A stretch of DNA of 64,000 nucleotides from an uncultured Verrucomicrobiae bacterium (lineage in GTDB: Bacteria > Verrucomicrobiota > Verrucomicrobiia > Chthoniobacterales > Chthoniobacteraceae). This document shows positions 58,030 to 64,000 of this stretch, piece after piece (the stretch's first letter is position 1; the number at the start of each line of letters is the position of its first letter). The notes beneath the pieces were generated by a model. That model did not search any database. It saw only the letters and a list, made by a program, of their open reading frames with translations, and was not told the origin of the DNA. Where the stretch lies: NCBI GenBank assembly GCA_963836755.1, contig CAWIKF010000002.1, positions 224,001 to 288,000 on the forward strand. The letters run 5' to 3'. The translations under genes and the position numbers were made by a program.

Positions 58030-58335
58030 GGCGAACAAAGCAGCGGGACGTGATAAGCGGCTGTCCCGTCGCCGATGAAAAAACGCACCGGAACGCGATC
58101 GAGAAATTTCTTTTCGCCAAAATAATCGCCAACGAAAAAAATCAGCTCGAACTCGCCAGTCTTGATTTCGTCGGCATTCAGGAGCGGTTCATCGGTGCGG
58201 CCGTCGGCGTTCGTCACGAGTTGTTTCAACAAAATGCGCTCATCCATTCTCGTGCCGCCAAAGTTCGATTTGCATGCCGGCGGCAGGCCGACCGCTCGCG
58301 GTATCGAGAACGTGTGTGGAAAGTTTTGATTTCAT
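57999..58335 (-). CDS. uraH: 5-hydroxyisourate hydrolase (apparent frameshift at about 58242)
   Basis: [18 protein letters not shown] in one frame; 'TNADGR...YHVPLL...YSTYRGS' in the next; 111 aa after removing one base. Confidence 0.9.
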
Positions 58336-58835
58336 TTTTCCTTGATCAAATCGGCGAGACGCAGCTCGGCAATTTTGAAGATTTCGCAAAGCGCGATTTC
58401 GATTTCCTGTTCGCGCGAGTTTGGCAAGCGCTCATGAAACGCGCGGAGAATCGCCTCTTTTTTATTCAGCCGCGCGCAGATCACAAACGGAAAACCGAAG
58501 CGCTCGCGATAGGCGCGATTCTGTTTTTCAAACAATTCGATCTCCTCCGGCGTGAGCTGCATCAAGCCCGCGGCGGTTTGTTCGCCGCGCGATTCGTTGG
58601 TCAAAACCGCACGTCCGACGAGGTCCGGATGCGCGCGGATCAGCGCCAGTTTTTTTTCCTCCGATGCGGCGCGAACGCTGTCGCAGAGCGCCTCGCGGAG
58701 CTGCGCAACACTTTGGAAAGGGCGCTGCGCGGCCGCGCTTTCCGCGATCCACGGGGAGTGCTCGAAGACCGGGCCGACCACGCGCACGAACTCCGCCGGC
58801 GGCAGCGCGTTGATCTCGGAAAGCGGATGGCTCAC
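58332..58835 (-). CDS. uraD: OHCU decarboxylase
   Basis: 'FEHSPWIA', 'AHPDL', 'S.GEQ..AGL', 'YRERFGFPFVIC', 'IAELRL'; GTG start. Confidence 0.92.
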   Translation of the reverse strand: MSHPLSEINALPPAEFVRVVGPVFEHSPWIAESAAAQRPFQSVAQLREALCDSVRAASEEKKLALIRAHPDLVGRAVLTNESRGEQTAAGLMQLTPEEIELFEKQNRAYRERFGFPFVICARLNKKEAILRAFHERLPNSREQEIEIALCEIFKIAELRLADLIKEK

Positions 58836-58887
58836 GCGCGCACAATAACTTTGCGGCAAGCCGATTCGCCACGCTAAATGTTGCGCG

Positions 58888-60132
58888 ATGAGCACCGTCG
58901 ATCCCGAGCGCACCATCGCGGAACTCCAGGAACTGCGCGAGCTGACGGGCGATGAAAACGGCGCGCAGCGCGTTGCTTTTACGCCGATGTGGATGAAGGC
59001 GCGCGCGTGGTTTCGGCGGAAGCTGGAGGAAATTCCAGCGGAGGTTCGCACGGACGCGGCGGGAAATGTCTGGGCGACTTTGCGCGGCGAATCGGACCGC
59101 GCGCTTTTGATTGGCGGGCATATCGACTCGGTGCCGAACGGCGGCTGGCTCGACGGCTGTTTAAACATTGTCGCAGGGCTGGAAATTTTGCGCCGCATCC
59201 ACGCGGAGTTTGGCGGGCGTCCGCCGATCACGGTGCGGCTGGTGGATTGGTGCGACGAGGAAGGGGCGCGCTTTGGAAAAAGTCTTTTCGGCTCGTCCGC
59301 GTTTTCGGGAAATCTCGACATGGACGAGGCGCGCGGGCTGAAGGATCGCGATGGAATTTTGCTCGGGGATGCGCTGCGCGAATGCGGAATCGATTTCGAA
59401 AATGTAAAAGCGAGTGGCGAGGAACGCGCGCACGCCGCCGCTTATATCGAGCTGCACATCGAGCAGGGGCCGGTGCTGCTCGATCTCGATCTGCCGCTCG
59501 GCGCGGTGCTCGGGACTTTTGGCGTGGAGCGGCATGCGATCACGTTTCGCGGGCAGGCAGCGCACTCCGGCAGCACGCCGATGAACCGCCGGCGCGACGC
59601 CTTTCTCGCCGCCGCGAAGATGAGCCCGGAGATTTACGAAATCGCAGCGCGCAGCGGCGGCGGCGTTTGCACGATCGGCTCTTGCACGACGAAACCGGGC
59701 ATCGTCACGAGCGTGGTCGAGGAATGCCGCATCACGCTCGACCAGCGCCATCTCGATGCCGGCGCGCTCGCGCAAATGTTAAACGAAGCGCGCGCGGCCA
59801 GTGAAAAGTTTGCGCGGGAAGGCAATGTCGAGGTCGCTTGGGAAAGGCTCTGGCAAATCGCGCCGCGTCCGTTCGACGCGAAATTGATCGAGCTTTGCGA
59901 CGAGGCGATCCGCGAGGCGTGTGGCGTGTCGCATCGGCTGCCGAGCGGGCCGCTGCACGACGCCGCGGAGGTTGCGGCGGCGGGGATTCCGACGGTGATG
60001 ATGTTCGTGCAAAGTTTGCACGGCATTTCGCACAATAAAATCGAGGACACCTGCGAGGAGCACCTGGCGCTGGCGGTGAAGGCTTTTGATCGCCTTGCGA
60101 GCAAAGTTCTCGCGGCGCTCGCGGTGGAGTAA
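58888..60132 (+). CDS. M20-family Zn amidohydrolase (hydantoinase/carbamoylase family)
   Basis: 'GHIDSVPNGG', 'DEEGARF', 'ELHIEQGP', 'HSGSTPM', 'SGPLHDA', 'SHNKIED'. Confidence 0.9.
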   Translation: MSTVDPERTIAELQELRELTGDENGAQRVAFTPMWMKARAWFRRKLEEIPAEVRTDAAGNVWATLRGESDRALLIGGHIDSVPNGGWLDGCLNIVAGLEILRRIHAEFGGRPPITVRLVDWCDEEGARFGKSLFGSSAFSGNLDMDEARGLKDRDGILLGDALRECGIDFENVKASGEERAHAAAYIELHIEQGPVLLDLDLPLGAVLGTFGVERHAITFRGQAAHSGSTPMNRRRDAFLAAAKMSPEIYEIAARSGGGVCTIGSCTTKPGIVTSVVEECRITLDQRHLDAGALAQMLNEARAASEKFAREGNVEVAWERLWQIAPRPFDAKLIELCDEAIREACGVSHRLPSGPLHDAAEVAAAGIPTVMMFVQSLHGISHNKIEDTCEEHLALAVKAFDRLASKVLAALAVE

Positions 60133-60183
60133 AAAGTTCGCAGCGGACAATGCTCCGCGACCCGGAACAAGGTGGCTTCGCTA

Positions 60184-61554
60184 TTACAATACCAGCGGCT
60201 CGCCGGGCAGCGGGACGATGACCTCGCTGCGCGGGAGGTCGCCGGCGAGGGTTTTCTGGAACCACTCGATGGCGGGAGGTTCGCCGTGAACGAGGATAAT
60301 TTTCGCGGGAGCAAGGCGGTTGATGTAATCGCGGATGCTCTCGCGCGGGGCGTGGCCGCTGAAGTCGAAGCACTCGATCTGTGCGCGCAACGGCTGGGAG
60401 GGAAAGTCGGGATCGAGCGCGACGGATGAGCCGGCGGCAGCGGCGCGGAGCTGGCCGCCGGGAGATTTCGGATCGGCGTAACCGACGAAAAAAATCGCGT
60501 GGAGCGGGTCGCTCATGATGCGGCGGGCGAAGCTGTTGGAGAGAGTTTTCGCGGTCATCATGCCGCTGGAGAGCGCGTAGATGCGGCCGGGGCGGATCGG
60601 TTCGTCGCCGGAGGCGCGGCCGGCGAGGACAAACGGCGCGACGTTGTGCAGGATTTGGAATTCGCTTTTGAGCCGCGTGGTCGAGTGGGCAAGTTTGTCG
60701 TAAATCTCGGTGAGCTTGGTGCTGAGGCCGCCGATGTAGATCGGGATGTTTGCGAGCTGGCCCGTTTTTTTTAAATCGTGGAGCATCGTGAGAAGCTCCT
60801 GTGTTTTACCGAGCGCAAAGAGCGGCATGAGCACGGCGCCTCCGCGCGCGAAAACCTGGCCGAGCGCCTTGGCGAGCCGGCGCTGCTCGCCGGCGCGCGT
60901 GAATCCGGCCGGCATTTCGTGGTCGCCGCGCGTGGTTTCGATGATGAGGAGGTCGATGTTTTCGCTGGGAAATGTCGCGCCGCGGGAAATGTTCTGGTCC
61001 AAAAAATTGACGTCGCCGCTGTAGAAAACCGTTTGTCCTTCGCCACGCAGCAGCACGCCGACTGCGCCGAGGACGTGGCCTGCGTCGTAAAATTCCAGCG
61101 TCGGTTCCGAATCGTCGCTCGTCCTTTCGCCGCCGGTCGTAAAGCGCTGATGCAGCGGAATGGCGCGCCAGCGTTTGATGCACTGGTCGATCTCGCGATG
61201 CGTGAAAAGCGGATAATTTTGCAGCCCAAGCTCCTCGCGTTGCCGCGTCATGACGTTGACGGAATTGTGCAGCATGACGTCGGCGAGATGCCGGGTCGCT
61301 TCGCTCATGAAAACCGGCGCGCGCGGCTGGCGTCGCATCAGCAGCGGCAGCGAGCCGAGATGGTCGTGATGCGCGTGCGTGAGGATGATGGCATCGACGG
61401 TGTCATCGCCGAGACGAGGAAAGTCCGGCAGCGCCTCGTCGCCGACGTGCTCGGGATGCATGCCCGCGTCGAGAACGACCCTTTTTCCGCCGAGCTCGAG
61501 AAGGTAGCAGTTTGCGCCGATCTCGATGCGCCTCGTAAGGTTCGTGAAATGCAT
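60184..61554 (-). CDS. MBL/beta-CASP family nuclease
   Basis: 'THAHHDHLG', 'AGHVLG', 'YSGD', 'FSGHA', 'LVHGE'. Confidence 0.9.
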   Translation of the reverse strand: MHFTNLTRRIEIGANCYLLELGGKRVVLDAGMHPEHVGDEALPDFPRLGDDTVDAIILTHAHHDHLGSLPLLMRRQPRAPVFMSEATRHLADVMLHNSVNVMTRQREELGLQNYPLFTHREIDQCIKRWRAIPLHQRFTTGGERTSDDSEPTLEFYDAGHVLGAVGVLLRGEGQTVFYSGDVNFLDQNISRGATFPSENIDLLIIETTRGDHEMPAGFTRAGEQRRLAKALGQVFARGGAVLMPLFALGKTQELLTMLHDLKKTGQLANIPIYIGGLSTKLTEIYDKLAHSTTRLKSEFQILHNVAPFVLAGRASGDEPIRPGRIYALSSGMMTAKTLSNSFARRIMSDPLHAIFFVGYADPKSPGGQLRAAAAGSSVALDPDFPSQPLRAQIECFDFSGHAPRESIRDYINRLAPAKIILVHGEPPAIEWFQKTLAGDLPRSEVIVPLPGEPLVL

Positions 61555-61674
61555 TGTGACGCTGGCATGCTAGCGCATCGCGGCGGATGGGGAATTTTTT
61601 TCCCGAAGAATCACGGGAAATGCTGTATGAAACAAAATGCCGCAACTTTCCTCAGCTGTCGTGTTTAATCCAAG

Positions 61675-63145
61675 ATGCTGACTCCCCTGAACGCCAAACA
61701 ATGGGATCTGACAAAGGCGGCGCACCTGCTCAACCGCGCCGGCTTTGGCGGCTCGCCGGAGCAAATCAAGGCGTTTTGTGAGCTCGGTTTTGACGGCGCG
61801 GTGAAACAGGTGTTGAACGCTCCGGACGACTCCGCGCAATTTCCAAATCCCGGCTGGGCCGCGCCGCAGAATCTCGTCGAGATGCGGCAGATGGCGCAAA
61901 ATTTGCCGGAGGATCAGCGCAAGGAAAAAGTCAAAAAGGTGCAGAAGGAAATGAAACAGCACGGCGTCGATCTCATCGACTGGTGGATGGCGCGCATGGC
62001 GACAACGCCGAATCCGTATCGCGAGAAGCTGACGCTTTTCTGGCACGGGCATTTCGCGACGAGCATGCAAAAAGTAAAGGACGCATATTTGATGTGGCAG
62101 CAAAATGAGCTGCTGCGCCGGAACGCGCTCGGCAATTTCGGGACGATGGTGAAGGAAATCTCGCGCGATCCGGCGATGTTGGTCTGGCTCGATACACGCA
62201 CGAGCCGCAAGGATCACCCGAACGAAAATTTCGCGCGGGAATTGATGGAACTTTTCACGCTCGGCATCGGCAATTACACCGAGGAAGATATCGCGCAATC
62301 TGCGCGCGCCTTTACCGGTTATCGCATGGACCCGCGTGACGAATCGTTTCACTACGCGCCGTTCCAGCACGATGACACTGAGAAGAAATTCTTCGGCAAA
62401 ACGGGAAACTTTGGCGGCGACGACATCATCAATTTGATCCTGCAAAAGCCGCAGTGCGCGCAATACATCACGAAAAAGATTTGGGAATTTTACGCCTACG
62501 AAGATCCGCAGCCGACGCTCGTAAACGTCCTCGCGGCGCGGTTCCAGCAGCACAATTACGAAATCAAGCCGCTGATGAACGAGATGTTCCGCAGCGCGGA
62601 ATTTTACTCGCCCGATGCGATCCGCACGCAGATCAAATCGCCGGTGCAATGGGTCGTGCAGACCGTGAAAATTTTGCAGACCGATCTCCCGCGCGGTCCG
62701 ATCGTCGCAAATATGCTGCGGCAACTCGGGCAGGTGCCGTTCGTGCCGCCGAGCGTGAAAGGCTGGGACGGCGGCAAGGCGTGGATCACGACCTCGACGC
62801 TGCTTTTGCGCTACAACCTCGCGAATTTTGCGATCGGAAATGGACCGATCAATGTGCAGCGCATGCGCAAGGTGGCCGGCAATAACGCGGCGGTCAAAGC
62901 CGGGATTCCAGGTGGAAAATCACGTGGCGCTCGACTATGCCAAAATCGCGCCGGTCGAGCTGCGCAGTAATCCAGAGCGCCTCGTCGCCTACATCGCTTT
63001 TCGTTTGTTCCAAAGTCCCTTGCAGCCGCGCGAAAGCGAGGGCTTCATCAGCTTCGTCAAGGAGCGCCAGGACAAAGTGGACGACAATTCCATCCGCGAC
63101 CTGCTGCATCTCATGATGAGCACGCCGCTATTCCAGCTGACCTGA
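61675..63145 (+). CDS. DUF1800 family protein (apparent frameshift at about 62900)
   Basis: 'AAHLLNRAGFG', 'EKLTLFWHGHFAT', 'PNENFARELMELFTLG', 'PPSVKGW', C-terminal 'STPLFQL'. Confidence 0.9.
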
Positions 63146-63148
63146 ATT

Positions 63149-64000
63149 ATGAGCGACCACGATCACATCATCGAGCCCCACACACGGACCTTGCACACGC
63201 GGCGGGAATTTTTGCGCACTTCGATGCTGGGCGCGGCCGCCACATGGACGCTGCCGATTTTCCTGCAAAAAACTTTCTTCGCGCTCGATGCGCAGGCCGC
63301 CGATTCCGTCATCCAGACCGCGACCGGAAAAGACGGGACGATCCTCGTGGTCCTGCAAATGGCGGGCGGCAACGATGGTTTAAACACGGTGGTTCCATGG
63401 GCTGACGACGCCTATTACAAGGCGCGCCCGGTCATTGGCATCAAGGCGGACAGCGTGCTGAAAGTGAACGATTACATGGGCCTCGCGCCGCAGCTCACGG
63501 GGCTGAAGTCGCTTTACGACGCCGGCCATCTCTCGATCATCCAGGGCGTCGGCTACCCGAACCCGAACCGGTCGCATTTTCGCTCCACCGAAATCTGGCA
63601 GACTGCCGCCGATGCGGATAAAAACGAGGCTTACGGCTGGCTCGGCCGATATTTCGACAGTTGCTGCAAAGGCGCGGATCCGACCGTGGGCGTGGCCATT
63701 GGCAACACCTCGCCGCAGGCTTTCAACGCGCAAAATCCGACCGGCGTTTCTTTCTCGCGGCCCGAGCAGTATCGCTGGATCAATGGCGACAAATCCAGCT
63801 CGTCCCAGGCACTTTTCCGCGAGATGAACTCGCCGGGGGAAGGCGCGGCTGACACCGACGCCGGCGGCTCCATCGGCATGATCGGCGGCAGCAAGAAAAC
63901 CCATGGCAGCACGCTCGACTTTTTGCAGCGGACCGCGCTCGACGCGCAGCTCAGCAGCGACAAAGTTTTGGAAATCGCGAAAAAATACAAGGCGAGCGTC
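63149..64000 (+). CDS. DUF1501 family protein with Tat signal (3'-truncated; not in the ORF track)
   Basis: Translated by hand: MSDHDH...TRREFLRTS...LVVLQMAGGNDGLNTVVP...GYPNPNRSHFRSTEIWQ; typical DUF1800-DUF1501 pairing. Confidence 0.9.
   Translation, partial: MSDHDHIIEPHTRTLHTRREFLRTSMLGAAATWTLPIFLQKTFFALDAQAADSVIQTATGKDGTILVVLQMAGGNDGLNTVVPWADDAYYKARPVIGIKADSVLKVNDYMGLAPQLTGLKSLYDAGHLSIIQGVGYPNPNRSHFRSTEIWQTAADADKNEAYGWLGRYFDSCCKGADPTVGVAIGNTSPQAFNAQNPTGVSFSRPEQYRWINGDKSSSSQALFREMNSPGEGAADTDAGGSIGMIGGSKKTHGSTLDFLQRTALDAQLSSDKVLEIAKKYKASV

Noticed and set aside
1..64000. CRISPR arrays, tRNA/rRNA genes, IS elements, prophage or defence islands
   Set aside because: No repeat-spacer arrays, cloverleaf motifs, transposase, integrase or phage genes recognised by eye; intergenic spaces are short

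Overview
GC-rich bacterial chromosomal segment. Gene content and style suggest Verrucomicrobiota, Chthoniobacterales-like (inference, not a database result). It is gene-dense, with about 60 CDS and no tRNA, rRNA, CRISPR array or mobile element that I can recognise. Contents in order: envelope genes (AsmA-like, SurA/PpiD-like, TPR-ExbB-ExbD-ExbD, lepB, TolC-MacAB-type efflux); rnc followed by a DnaA-box cluster with an AT-rich core (candidate oriC at about 15.5-15.8 kb, no dnaA nearby); housekeeping genes (hpnD-like, trxB, yhbY, riboflavin synthase, iscS, cysE, galK); an ECF sigma factor with a large zinc-finger/DUF4349-repeat anti-sigma; an MBL-nuclease/ATP-dependent ligase fusion; a STAS/PP2C module run into grpE-dnaJ-rsmE; murI, an amidase, valS, larC, lysS and lolC/E; a 12-kb purine/ureide catabolism cluster (ade, single-chain XDH, CitE/HpcH-like lyase, allE, allB, allC, uraH, uraD, divergent M20 hydrolase; no uricase); a beta-CASP nuclease; and DUF1800/DUF1501. 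Six frameshifts, each fixed by removing one base, lie beyond 42.5 kb, one of them in essential valS, so they are most likely sequencing errors. Most interesting: the oriC candidate overlapping the rnc 3' end, the zinc-ribbon-tailed ExbB in a TonB-less motor operon, the purine cluster with an orphan lyase and no uricase, a degenerate ABC ATPase in the lepB operon, a pair of arrestin/SpoOM-like domains, and a 21-nt-periodic insertion in valS.
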